The notes under the pieces: generated by a model
Database searches by the model: none
Told to the model about the DNA's origin: nothing
What the model saw: the letters and a program-made list of their open reading frames with translations, nothing else
Program-made: the position numbers and the translations under genes
NCBI GenBank assembly: GCA_009778545.1
Contig: WRJO01000001.1
Location: 1-52,941, forward strand
DNA length: 52,941 bases
From: Treponema sp.
GTDB lineage: Bacteria > Spirochaetota > Spirochaetia > Treponematales > Breznakiellaceae
Reading direction: 5' to 3'
Shown: positions 9,002 through 18,190 of the stretch, in pieces
How positions within the stretch are numbered: position 1 is the first letter of the stretch
Layout of the letters: every line of letters starts with the position of its first letter

Positions 9002-9607
9002 CTACAGGCTCTGAGGCCTCCCGGCCATCTTTCGCTGCAGCTCCGCCGCCCTGGCCGGCTCCATTAAGGATAGCCAGTAGGACACGATTGACGAGGTCCC
9101 CTCTGCCCGTGCAATCTCTTCGGTCTTCCGGAGTACATCGATAACGTCCTGATCGTCCATGGCGGACATTATGCCCACCGCTCGCTCCGGCGGCATTCCG
9201 TTCAGGAACCGGGCGTTATCTTCGATGTTTCTGTCCCTATTTTCGGCATCTGAGGCCATTGCTTTTAGTGAATATTCTCGTTCGTCGAGCGCTCTTTGGC
9301 GATCATCAAGTTCCTGGGCCATCTGCCCGATTATGCCTTTTTGGGAATCGATATCCTGCTGCTGGACGGATATCTCCAGCCTCTGCAAATCCAGCGAAAT
9401 AAGCCGCGTTTCAAGGCGTTCCGCATCCAGGTTGATATCTTCATCCGGCGCGGCCTTGGGCTGGCTGCGCCCCTCGCGGCCGATTAAGCCGTACAGCGGC
9501 GATAAAACGGCTTTTGCATCGATTACGTTGAGGTAGTCAAACCAGAGAATCCCCCCCGCCGCAAGGACAATAACGAGCAATAAAAGAACCAGTACTCTTC
9601 CAACCAT
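9002..9607 (-). CDS. flbB: Periplasmic flagellar collar protein FlbB
   Basis: N-terminal TM (GGILWFDYLNVID), coiled coil, MPPERAV..., YWLSLMEPARAAELQRKM. Confidence 0.85.
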   Translation of the reverse strand: MVGRVLVLLLLVIVLAAGGILWFDYLNVIDAKAVLSPLYGLIGREGRSQPKAAPDEDINLDAERLETRLISLDLQRLEISVQQQDIDSQKGIIGQMAQELDDRQRALDEREYSLKAMASDAENRDRNIEDNARFLNGMPPERAVGIMSAMDDQDVIDVLRKTEEIARAEGTSSIVSYWLSLMEPARAAELQRKMAGRPQSL

Positions 9608-9634
9608 ATTGTATCTCCCAAATTCGCAATAACG

Positions 9635-9663
9635 ATTATATTATATCTTCGGCAAAAATGCAA
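9635..9663 (-). promoter_or_regulatory. Sigma70-like promoter of flbB / fla operon
   Basis: TTGCAT-N17-TATAAT on the minus strand. Confidence 0.6.
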
Positions 9664-9712
9664 TCACCCATACAGAAACCGGCGATTTTAGGCATTTTTA
9701 TGCCAATTTTTA

Positions 9713-9741
9713 TTGAATAAATGGTTGTTTTTGTTTATAAT
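9713..9741 (+). promoter_or_regulatory. Sigma70-like promoter of the galK-like/surE operon
   Basis: TTGAAT-N17-TATAAT. Confidence 0.6.
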
Positions 9742-9785
9742 GTTCCCTAAAAGCCCCATCAGGCGGTTATTACAGTGCGCGAGGT

Positions 9786-10994
9786 TTGCAGGAAATGTTG
9801 GATATCGGTCCCGTCCACCGCAGGGAATATGAACTTGAAACCGGCCGCTCCGGTAAACCCAAAGCCGGCGACAGGGCGGAGCGGGGCGGGACGGTCGTTA
9901 TTGCCCAGGCGCCGGGAAGAATTCATTTTTTGGGCGAGCACTGCGATTCGATAGGGGGCCTGTTCCTTTCTGCGGCGATAGATCGCTGCGTCAATGTGGC
10001 AGTCAGCGCGAGGAAGGACAATTCCCTGCGCTTTTACGCCGCCGATTTGGGCGAGCGGAAGCGCAGCACCCTGGCAAATTTAAAATACAAACGGGAGGAT
10101 CGCTGGGCAAACTACGTTAAGGCGGCGATCCATATTTTTGCGGAACTGGGCATCCCCCTAAGGGGCATGGATTTTTCCATTGCCGGAAATATTCCCCAGC
10201 AAATCGCCATGGCGTCTTCCTCGGCGCTGGAAGTGGCATCGGCGGTTGCGCTGCGGGCTTTTCTCCGGGTAAAGATCAGCGACCGGGAACTGGTCAAACG
10301 GCTGTCGGCGGCGCACACGCTGTACTTTGGCAAGGCGGCAAGCCCTGCGGATTATCTGGTGGGGCTGGCGGCGAAAAAGGACCAATTCCTCATCGTCGAC
10401 GAATCGACCCTTGCGGTGACGAAGATCAAGTCGCCTTTTTCCCGCTGCAAATTTATCCTGATGGATTCCCGCGTTCCCCGTCTGGGAATAGAAAGCGAAC
10501 TTGAAAACCGCAGGAACGATGTCAAAGCCGCCCTGGATATACTCGCCCAGGGCAGGGAGGACGCGAGTTTCAGGGAATTCGCCGCGATGGACATCATGGA
10601 ATCGATGGGCGACCTTCCCGAGGTGATCCGCCGTAGGAGCCTCCACGTCGTACAGGAGATCCGCCGCATCAAGGATGCCGGAGACTGCCTTGCCTGCGCC
10701 GATCTGGCGGGCTTTTCGCGGCTGGTCTTCCATTCCCACGAGGGCCTGCGCGACCTGTACGAGATCAGCTGCCCCGAGATCGACTGGATGGTAAAGCGGG
10801 CGCAGGAGACCGAAGGGGTACTCGGCGCGCGGATGACCGGGCTGGGTTTCGGCGGCTGCACCTACACGATTGTCAGGAATGATGCTGTCGCCGAATACCG
10901 CGCCCGGATAGACGACTACGAACGGATATTCGGCTTCCGTCCGGCAATCCACGAATTAAAGCTTGCCACAGGGAGCAGGGTAATTGGCAAATAA
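9786..10994 (+). CDS. Galactokinase-like GHMP kinase family protein
   Basis: APGRIHFLGEH, SHEGLRDLYEISCPEID, GARMTGLGFGGC; ATP-binding motif is degenerate. Confidence 0.8.
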   Translation: MQEMLDIGPVHRREYELETGRSGKPKAGDRAERGGTVVIAQAPGRIHFLGEHCDSIGGLFLSAAIDRCVNVAVSARKDNSLRFYAADLGERKRSTLANLKYKREDRWANYVKAAIHIFAELGIPLRGMDFSIAGNIPQQIAMASSSALEVASAVALRAFLRVKISDRELVKRLSAAHTLYFGKAASPADYLVGLAAKKDQFLIVDESTLAVTKIKSPFSRCKFILMDSRVPRLGIESELENRRNDVKAALDILAQGREDASFREFAAMDIMESMGDLPEVIRRRSLHVVQEIRRIKDAGDCLACADLAGFSRLVFHSHEGLRDLYEISCPEIDWMVKRAQETEGVLGARMTGLGFGGCTYTIVRNDAVAEYRARIDDYERIFGFRPAIHELKLATGSRVIGK

Positions 10995-11006
10995 GAAATA
11001 GGAGTT

Positions 11007-11795
11007 GTGTTGCGGATTTTATTGACTAACGATGACGGGATTTCTTCTCCGGGAATTTTGCTGCTCGCGGCGGCTTTGCGGGAAGCGGGGCATGCGGTCT
11101 TTGTGGTCGCCCCCGCCCTGGATCGATCCGGGGTTTCCCACTGCATATCGTTCCTCAGCGGCCCCAGCAGGCTCACGGAAATCGAAAAGGATACCTGGGC
11201 CTGCAGCGGAACCCCGGCAGACTGCGTGATAGTTTCCCTTTTGGGCGGCATCCCCGAATTGTGCATCGTCAGGGATCCAAATTATATGGCGGAAAATACC
11301 GTGCCCCCGGACCTGGTTATTTCGGGCATTAACCGGGGGGCGAACCTTGGAACGGACATCGTCTATTCGGGCACGGCGGCTGCGGCCCGCCAGGGGGCGC
11401 TGTGCGGCATACCTTCCATCGCGCTATCCCTGGTGGAAGGGGGCCCAATCTGGTACTGGGAAACGGCGGTGATCTTTGTCATCGAACGCCTTGAGGAAAT
11501 GATCGCGTATTGGAAGCCCGGTTCCTTCGTCAATGTAAACATGCCGAATCAGGAGGAAATTCCTTCGTCGCTGGTTCATGCATTTCCTTCATTTAGGTAT
11601 TATAATGATCGTATGGACATTTTCCATGCGCCGGACGGGCACCGGTACTGTTTTGCCAAAGCCGGCGAGATCGGAGCCGATCCGCAGCAGGGATCGGACT
11701 GGGAGGCTGTAACGCACAACAACGTATCGATCAGCGAAATTTATATCTATCCGGCGCTGCTGGAATCGGTCGCGGGGAGGCATAGTGGCGGGTGA
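11007..11795 (+). CDS. surE: 5'/3'-nucleotidase SurE
   Basis: RILLTNDDG, SGTPADCV, SGINRGANLG..YSGT. Confidence 0.96.
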   Translation: MLRILLTNDDGISSPGILLLAAALREAGHAVFVVAPALDRSGVSHCISFLSGPSRLTEIEKDTWACSGTPADCVIVSLLGGIPELCIVRDPNYMAENTVPPDLVISGINRGANLGTDIVYSGTAAAARQGALCGIPSIALSLVEGGPIWYWETAVIFVIERLEEMIAYWKPGSFVNVNMPNQEEIPSSLVHAFPSFRYYNDRMDIFHAPDGHRYCFAKAGEIGADPQQGSDWEAVTHNNVSISEIYIYPALLESVAGRHSGG

Positions 11796-12603
11796 CTTGT
11801 CAAAACGGCGCATGGCGTCAGACGAAAAACCGGTATTAAACGAGAAGACGCAGGCCCGTTATCACGAAAAGGCATCCGGGCGGTTCGAAAGCTCATCGGT
11901 TGAAAAAAAAGATAAAAGAAAAATTGCCAGGGGGCTAAAGGACGGGATACGCCTGTTCCGCATGAAGAAATGGGATAATGCCCTCAAGCTGTTTCTCGGT
12001 TTGGACTCCGCCGGTTTTTCCCGCGAGGAACAGACCGAGCTTGCCTATTTCCGGGGCCTTTGCTGCGCCAAGCTGGAACGTTTCGACGACGCGATACTGT
12101 ACCTTGAGCAGGTCGGCGCCGCCGGGGGGGATATGCTGCGGGCGTACCAGTGCCGCCTGACTCTGGCGTACATCTATGTTACGACGGGGCGCGCGAAGAT
12201 GGCGGAATTCGAACTCAAGCGGCTGCAGCATGCGGGTTTTGAATCGGCGCCTCTGTACAACACCCTTGCGTACGCCTCGTACATTCAAAATGATACCAGC
12301 GCCGCGATTGAATATTACGAAAAGTCGCTGGACCTTGACAGGGAGAATCCCACGGCGCTGAACAGCATGGGGTACATACTTGCCGACACCGGCCTTGACC
12401 CGCTGCGGGGGCTGCGGTTCTGCCGGAGGGCGCTGGAACAAAAACCGCAGAACCCCGCCTACATCGATTCCCTTGGCTGGGCGTATTACAAGTGCGGCGA
12501 GATGACCGAAGCGCGCAGCCTGCTTCGCAGGGCGCTGGAGCTTGCCCCGCAGGAGAGGGAAATAAAAGAACATTTCAGGATAGTTACCGGGGGCGCCGTG
12601 TGA
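11785..12603 (+). CDS. Tetratricopeptide repeat protein
   Basis: TPR motifs (ALNSMGYILA, YIDSLGWAYYKCG). Confidence 0.85.
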   Translation: MAGDLSKRRMASDEKPVLNEKTQARYHEKASGRFESSSVEKKDKRKIARGLKDGIRLFRMKKWDNALKLFLGLDSAGFSREEQTELAYFRGLCCAKLERFDDAILYLEQVGAAGGDMLRAYQCRLTLAYIYVTTGRAKMAEFELKRLQHAGFESAPLYNTLAYASYIQNDTSAAIEYYEKSLDLDRENPTALNSMGYILADTGLDPLRGLRFCRRALEQKPQNPAYIDSLGWAYYKCGEMTEARSLLRRALELAPQEREIKEHFRIVTGGAV

Positions 12604-14669
12604 AAAAACAAATGGGCGTTTTGGCCGCAGCTGCGCTGCTGTTATTCGCCGCGCCGTTCATTGCGGCGCAGGAAAATACGCGGCCCGTGTATGTTACCGG
12701 CGGCGAGGATATCAACGCGATAAACGCCGCATCCGAATTCCGCATCGGAATTCACGCGTACAACCGCTATTCGTTTAACGAAGCGATACATTCATTCGAG
12801 CGATCTCTCTCGTACAGGCCCGGCGAGGCGATAATCATGGATTGGCTGGGCAAGGCGTATTACCGCTCCGGGCTGGAGAACACCGCCCTGCGCCAGTGGA
12901 GGGCTGCCGCCGACGCATACGGCAGAAACTCCGGGCCGGGAATGATTCTGGCAAACCGCGTCGAGACGGTGGCAAACCGCCGCCTGCTGCTGCCCGTCGC
13001 CAACGACGATGTTCGCTACATCGAATCGGGGCGGTACCCCGGGCGCTACGATGACTATATCCTGTACCGGCAGCCGACATCCGTCCTGCCCCAGGGCGAC
13101 GGTTCCGCCTGGGTAGTCGCATACGGCAGCAACGAGATCGTTAAAATTGACGTTAACGGCGTTGTAAAGGACAGAAAGCGCGGGCCGCTGAACGGCTTCG
13201 ACCGGCCCTACGACCTGGTGCGCGGCGTCGGGGGGAAGATGTACCTTTCCGAGTACCGTGGCGGCAGGGTAAGCGTACTGAGCCCCCAGGGCGAATGGCT
13301 GGCGTACATCGGCTCAAAAGGCCTGCAGCCGGGCATGTTTGTCGGCCCGCAGAACATGGCGGTAGACGAAGACGGCTATCTGTACGTCGTCGATTACGGC
13401 AACCAGCGAATCTCCAAATTCGATCCGGACGGGGTGTATGTCCTGTCCTTCGGGGCGAGAAGCCCCCTCTTTCCCGGATTCCTTTCGCCGACGGGCATTG
13501 CCGCCAGAGGCGGCCGGATCTATGCCGCCGATTCCGTGGAAAAATGCATCTACATGTTTGACCCCAACGGCAACTACCTCGGCATCCTTACCGGCGGCCT
13601 TTCCGGGCCGGAAAGCCTCCGCTTTATTAGCGACGGCAGGCTTCTCGCGGCGGACACCAACAGGGTGCTGCTCATCGATGTCGATTCGGCGATTATGCGG
13701 GAACTTGGCATGGTGGCGGGGAACCCGAGGGTCCGCGTAGTCGGCGCAGACATGGATTCCAACGGCAACCTGCTGGCGGCAAATTTCGCCGCGAGCGAGG
13801 TGTCCGTGCTGACCCGCATCGACGACCTTGCCTCCGGCCTCTTTGTGCAGATCGAGCGGGTATTCGCCGAACGGTTCCCCGAAGTTACCGTTGAGATAAA
13901 GGTTGAAGACAGGTTGCGCCGCCCCATAGTCGGGCTTGAAGCCCTGAATTTCTACCTGAGCGAGGGCGGACGGGAAGTTTACGAGCAAAGGTTCCTTCAG
14001 CCCTCGTACCGCGTCAGCCGTTCCGACGTTTCGGTTCTGGTTGAGCGCTCGCCCGAGACGGCGGCCCTGCGGGACGATCTTGCCGCCGCAGCGCGGGACA
14101 TTAGCGGCGCCCTTGGCGCGCAGGGAAAAATACTCTCGTTTATTTCAGCGGGCGAGCAGCCCCAGCGGGAACGGCACGAGAACGCCCTGGAAACCGCAGC
14201 CAGGGGGCGGACGGCGGAATACAGCCCCCGCTGGCGGTTTGACCTTGGCCTCCGCCTCGCCGCCACCGACCTTCTGTCCGGCGAGAAAAAGCGGTCGGTC
14301 GTATATGTCGGCTCCGGCAGGGTAGGGGAACTGGGCTTTGAGCAGTACAGCCTGTCCGAAATGGCGGCGTACCTTGCCAACAACGGCATTGTGTTTAACG
14401 CCGTCCTTGTCGGCGCGGGCCCCCCTGCCGAGGAGATACGCTACCTCTGCCGGGAAACCGGCGGGCAGGCGCTGCCCCTGTACCGCCCCGAGGGGATACG
14501 GGAGATGATTGAAAGTGTTGCTTTTATTCCCGTCGGGCTTTATACTATTAGCTACCGGTCGCTTCTTCCTACCGATTTTGGAAGGGCATGGCTTCCGATT
14601 GAAGCAGAAGTGTACCTCATGGAGCGTTCCGGGCGGGATTCCTCAGGATATTTCCCGCCTTTGGAATAG
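12600..14669 (+). CDS. Exported TPR + NHL-repeat + VWA-like protein
   Basis: GTG overlapping the upstream TGA; signal peptide; TPR; NHL repeats (PQNMAVDEDGYLYVVDYGNQRISKFDPDG). Confidence 0.85.
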   Translation: MKKQMGVLAAAALLLFAAPFIAAQENTRPVYVTGGEDINAINAASEFRIGIHAYNRYSFNEAIHSFERSLSYRPGEAIIMDWLGKAYYRSGLENTALRQWRAAADAYGRNSGPGMILANRVETVANRRLLLPVANDDVRYIESGRYPGRYDDYILYRQPTSVLPQGDGSAWVVAYGSNEIVKIDVNGVVKDRKRGPLNGFDRPYDLVRGVGGKMYLSEYRGGRVSVLSPQGEWLAYIGSKGLQPGMFVGPQNMAVDEDGYLYVVDYGNQRISKFDPDGVYVLSFGARSPLFPGFLSPTGIAARGGRIYAADSVEKCIYMFDPNGNYLGILTGGLSGPESLRFISDGRLLAADTNRVLLIDVDSAIMRELGMVAGNPRVRVVGADMDSNGNLLAANFAASEVSVLTRIDDLASGLFVQIERVFAERFPEVTVEIKVEDRLRRPIVGLEALNFYLSEGGREVYEQRFLQPSYRVSRSDVSVLVERSPETAALRDDLAAAARDISGALGAQGKILSFISAGEQPQRERHENALETAARGRTAEYSPRWRFDLGLRLAATDLLSGEKKRSVVYVGSGRVGELGFEQYSLSEMAAYLANNGIVFNAVLVGAGPPAEEIRYLCRETGGQALPLYRPEGIREMIESVAFIPVGLYTISYRSLLPTDFGRAWLPIEAEVYLMERSGRDSSGYFPPLE

Positions 14670-14694
14670 AATAATAAATTAAGAGGAGGCTTTT

Positions 14695-15114
14695 ATGTCG
14701 TACCAATGGGATCCCAGTTTGGAAACAGGACATGCGAAAATCGATGGACAGCACAAGCAGCTGATTGCCGCGCTAAACAGCATCATTGATGCTTCGAGGG
14801 AAGGAAAGGGCAAGGATGAAATTTTCAAGACTTTAGACTTTTTGACCGGTTATACCGTAATGCATTTTTCTACAGAGGAAAAACTCCAGGTAGATTACGA
14901 CTACCCCGATTACCCGATACACAAGCGCTACCACGACGAGTTCAAGGGAACCGTCGGCGAGCTGACCCAGCGCCTGATCAACGAAGGCCCCACCGAAGAG
15001 GTAATAGGCACCGTTACCACCACAATCGGAAACTGGCTCTTAAACCACATAAAAGGCGACGACTTCCGCATGGCCGCCTACGTCAAATCCAAAGGAGACC
15101 CCAGCGCGGCCTAA
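14695..15114 (+). CDS. Single-domain bacteriohemerythrin
   Basis: W..SLETG..IDGQHK, HFSTEE, HKRYH, WLLNHIKGDD di-iron ligands. Confidence 0.93.
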   Translation: MSYQWDPSLETGHAKIDGQHKQLIAALNSIIDASREGKGKDEIFKTLDFLTGYTVMHFSTEEKLQVDYDYPDYPIHKRYHDEFKGTVGELTQRLINEGPTEEVIGTVTTTIGNWLLNHIKGDDFRMAAYVKSKGDPSAA

Positions 15115-15132
15115 AGCCGTTCTTAGCTATAA

Positions 15133-15221
15133 TCACGCAGAGGCGCAAAGGCGCGGAGATGGGCGCGTTGCTTGCGAACTGCGGGCATCCATCAACTCTG
15201 TGCCTTTGTGCCTCCGTGTGA
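15133..15221. repeat. CACAGAGG-family palindromic element, copy 2
   Basis: TCACGCAGAGGCGCAAAGGCGCGGAG...CTCTGTGCCTTTGTGCCTCCGTGTGA. Confidence 0.9.
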
Positions 15222-15241
15222 GATAATTCTAAAAATGGCAT

Positions 15242-15271
15242 AAAAAACCCCGCTGGACAGCGGGGTTTTTT
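15242..15271. terminator. Bidirectional intrinsic terminator
   Basis: AAAAAACCCCGCTG-GA-CAGCGGGGTTTTTT between convergent genes. Confidence 0.9.
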
Positions 15272-15287
15272 GTGCGTTAGTGCTTCC

Positions 15288-17486
15288 TTACGACAGATCG
15301 CCCTGGGCTACCCAGCGGCGGATCAGTTTGTCCAGGCGGAGGATGTCCATCGGTTTGGAGATAACGTCCTGGAAACCGGCCTGCAGGAAGAAGGCGTTGT
15401 TGCCGATGACGGAATTGGCAGTAACGGCGATGATCGGCAGGTTCTTTGCGTAATCGGTGCCAACATCGTTGCGGATTATCCGTACCGCTTCGGTGCCGTC
15501 CATCTCGGGCATCCAGCGGTTCATGAAAATCGCGTTGTACTTGGGCGAACCCTTGCGCACCAGTTCAACCGCTTCCGGCAGATTGCCAACGCAGTCAACG
15601 GTTATCCCGTAGGGCTCTATCATTCCCTGGGCTACCTCAAGGTTAATCTCCGCATCGTCTACCACCAGCACCCTCGCTTCGGGAATCTTGATGCGCTGCA
15701 TATCGCTGGTGTCGGCGGAAGCCCGCGCCGTAGACTGGAACGTTCTCAGTTTTTCAATGGCTTCCGCGCTGATAACTTCGTCGCTCACGAATTTTTCCGG
15801 CAGCTTCACCGTAAATGTCGTGCCCTTTCCATAGGCGCTTTCGACGGAAATGGTGCCGTTCATTAAATCGACAATTTTCTTGGTCAGCGCAAGGCCCATG
15901 CCGGTTCCCTTGGAAGACCGCATCTTTTGGGTGTCAAGGCTGGAGTAATCAAGGAATACCTTGTCAATGTCCTCCGGTTTGAAGCCTCCGCCGGTATCCG
16001 AAATTTTGGAGATCAGCCATATCGTATCCCCGTTCCTTTCCGAAGAAATCTTCCACTCAACGGTTCCCGTCTTGGTGTTGGTAAACGCGTTGCTTAAAAT
16101 GTTGTTGAAAACCTGCCGTACCCGCAGGGCGTCGCCGAGAAGCCGCAGGGGGAGTTTTTCGTCGGGAAGGATGTTAAACGTAATCTGTTTGGAGCCGATG
16201 TGGATTAGGTTGCTTAACGCCGTGTCGTTGATAAAATTCGGCAGGTTGTATTCGGCGGAAATGATCCCGAATTTGCCCGATTCAATGTTGGAAATATCAA
16301 GAAGGTCGTTTACCACCCCCAAAAGGATCATGCCCGATTCGTCGATTTTTCTGAGGTGGTTTCTCGTTTCCAGAGGTATGCCCCTCTTGGTAAGGTTAAG
16401 TTCCGAAAGGCCGATTATCGCGTTCAGCGGGGTCCGCATGTCGTGGCTCATGTTGGCGATAAATGCGGTTTTGGCCTTCTTGGCCGCCTCGGCGATTTCA
16501 AAGGGCTTCGCAATGACGCCCGAAGCCAGGCCGGCGGCAAGCACGCCGAGTCCGAAGAAGATAAGGCCGGAAAGGGCAATCATCAGCCAGACCTGCTTGA
16601 AGGGGCTTTCTGAAACGGAGGCGGCAGCGGCGATTATCCAGCTTTCTTTGATGGATATTGGCCGGTAGGCAATGATGTCGTCGATGTCTTCTCCCAGCTC
16701 TTCTACGCCTTTGATGGCGTAGCGGTCGACGTTCTTTGGCAAATTCTCATTGTCGTTAATCATTCGATCTATCACCCTGGCGACATCGCTGTATCTGGAA
16801 TCTGTTTTGGAGAGTTCCAGGAAATTCACCTCGTCCATAACCCAGTCGTGGAGCACGTCGGCAATAATTTTTCCTTCATCGTCAATCATAAGAAGATGCC
16901 CTGCGTTCCCCGACTGGAACCGCACAACCTGTTCGTTAAAATAGCTGCCGGGAACGGTTATTCCGACGATTTGCGGGTTGGCGGGAGTTTCGCCCCGCAG
17001 CGCCATAAACTGGAAGTCATCCATCGGGGCAAAAATATAGAAGACCACGTCTCCGTTGGAATCGCGGTGCGTAGTGGTGATAACCCGATCCCCCTGGAAT
17101 GCCCGCTCCCACGCTTCGCTGCCCAACATTGACTCCGGCGGGGCGGCGGAACCCATGCTGAACGAAGCTATGGTTCTGCCCGAGGAATTGAAGATCGCGA
17201 TCGCGTCAAAATCCTCATAGGCGACTACCTGTTCCATAAGGAGGTGCTGCACATCCTGAATAGACGCACCCTGCAGCCGCATGGCAACGGCGCCGGCATC
17301 CTGTTTGAGTATTACCATCTGGTTTAACATATACTCATTTGCGCCGGACGCGAGCCGCTGCATATCGGCTTCCAGAGTTTTGATGATCTGGTTTTGGGCC
17401 GAAGAAATACTGATTACCACGCTCGACGCGGAAATCGCCAGTACAATAGCGGAAATTATCAGGAATACTTTTAAACGGATTGTCAT
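15288..17486 (-). CDS. Membrane hybrid sensor histidine kinase (Cache-like sensor, HisKA, HATPase, receiver)
   Basis: Two TM helices; SHDMRTPLNAIIG H-box; DTGGG and GTGMGL boxes; receiver VLVVDD...SKP. Confidence 0.92.
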   Translation of the reverse strand: MTIRLKVFLIISAIVLAISASSVVISISSAQNQIIKTLEADMQRLASGANEYMLNQMVILKQDAGAVAMRLQGASIQDVQHLLMEQVVAYEDFDAIAIFNSSGRTIASFSMGSAAPPESMLGSEAWERAFQGDRVITTTHRDSNGDVVFYIFAPMDDFQFMALRGETPANPQIVGITVPGSYFNEQVVRFQSGNAGHLLMIDDEGKIIADVLHDWVMDEVNFLELSKTDSRYSDVARVIDRMINDNENLPKNVDRYAIKGVEELGEDIDDIIAYRPISIKESWIIAAAASVSESPFKQVWLMIALSGLIFFGLGVLAAGLASGVIAKPFEIAEAAKKAKTAFIANMSHDMRTPLNAIIGLSELNLTKRGIPLETRNHLRKIDESGMILLGVVNDLLDISNIESGKFGIISAEYNLPNFINDTALSNLIHIGSKQITFNILPDEKLPLRLLGDALRVRQVFNNILSNAFTNTKTGTVEWKISSERNGDTIWLISKISDTGGGFKPEDIDKVFLDYSSLDTQKMRSSKGTGMGLALTKKIVDLMNGTISVESAYGKGTTFTVKLPEKFVSDEVISAEAIEKLRTFQSTARASADTSDMQRIKIPEARVLVVDDAEINLEVAQGMIEPYGITVDCVGNLPEAVELVRKGSPKYNAIFMNRWMPEMDGTEAVRIIRNDVGTDYAKNLPIIAVTANSVIGNNAFFLQAGFQDVISKPMDILRLDKLIRRWVAQGDLS

Positions 17487-17606
17487 GTTCCCTTCCCCTT
17501 CAAATAAGGCTGTATTATCCCCCAGTATACTACATATCTTCTTAAATCTCAAGTACGAATTTCGATAAACCTGAGCTTTTTCTCGGCTTTTTCTTTTGAA
17601 AAAGCC

Positions 17607-17633
17607 TTAACCTTCATTTTTAAACGCCGATAC
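17607..17633 (+). promoter_or_regulatory. Sigma28-like promoter of flgNKL-fliW-csrA
   Basis: TTAA-N15-GCCGATAC. Confidence 0.65.
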
Positions 17634-17682
17634 AGAAAGTGAGGAACCTCTCAAAGGACGAGGGGTAAAGACCTATATCGAG

Positions 17683-18171
17683 GTGGACATGATGTTCGAG
17701 AAATGCAGGGAAATCCTGCTGCAGGAAAGCGATCTGGTGCAGAGAATAGCCCGCTTGCAGGAAGTTGTCTGGGAGGCGGTAATAAGCCGCGACTGGACGG
17801 ATTTTGAGGGCCATTTTAGCGAATTAGGCAGGTTGGGAGAGGAATTTTCCGCCCTTGAAGCGGAAAGGGAAGGGCTTTTTACAGGAATTCACGGCAAACC
17901 CGGCGATATTTTAGGTTTTTATGCCTTTGCTTCCCAATTGCCGCCTGATCAGCGGGGCGAAATTACTGAAATTTACCGGAATTTAAAGCTGGAAGCCCTG
18001 AAAGTCCAGGTTTCCGGCGATACACTCATGGGTTTCATCGCCGGAGCGCGGACAACCCTGGCTGGTTTCTTTGAAATAGCCTTCCCCGACCGGGGAGGAA
18101 AGTTATATACGCCGCATGGGATACCTGTTTCCCATGATATGCGCAGCATGGTTTTGAACCGCTGTTTCTGA
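17683..18171 (+). CDS. flgN: Probable FlgN-like export chaperone
   Basis: Helical 162-aa protein directly before flgK; C-terminal YT..G...S.VLNR. Confidence 0.65.
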   Translation: MDMMFEKCREILLQESDLVQRIARLQEVVWEAVISRDWTDFEGHFSELGRLGEEFSALEAEREGLFTGIHGKPGDILGFYAFASQLPPDQRGEITEIYRNLKLEALKVQVSGDTLMGFIAGARTTLAGFFEIAFPDRGGKLYTPHGIPVSHDMRSMVLNRCF

Positions 18172-18190
18172 ATCAAGGAGGATTTTGAAA

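Noticed and set aside
9646-9672. Sigma28 promoter (GCCGAAGA) for flbB
   Set aside because: Poor -35 match; an overlapping sigma70 TTGCAT-N17-TATAAT fits better.
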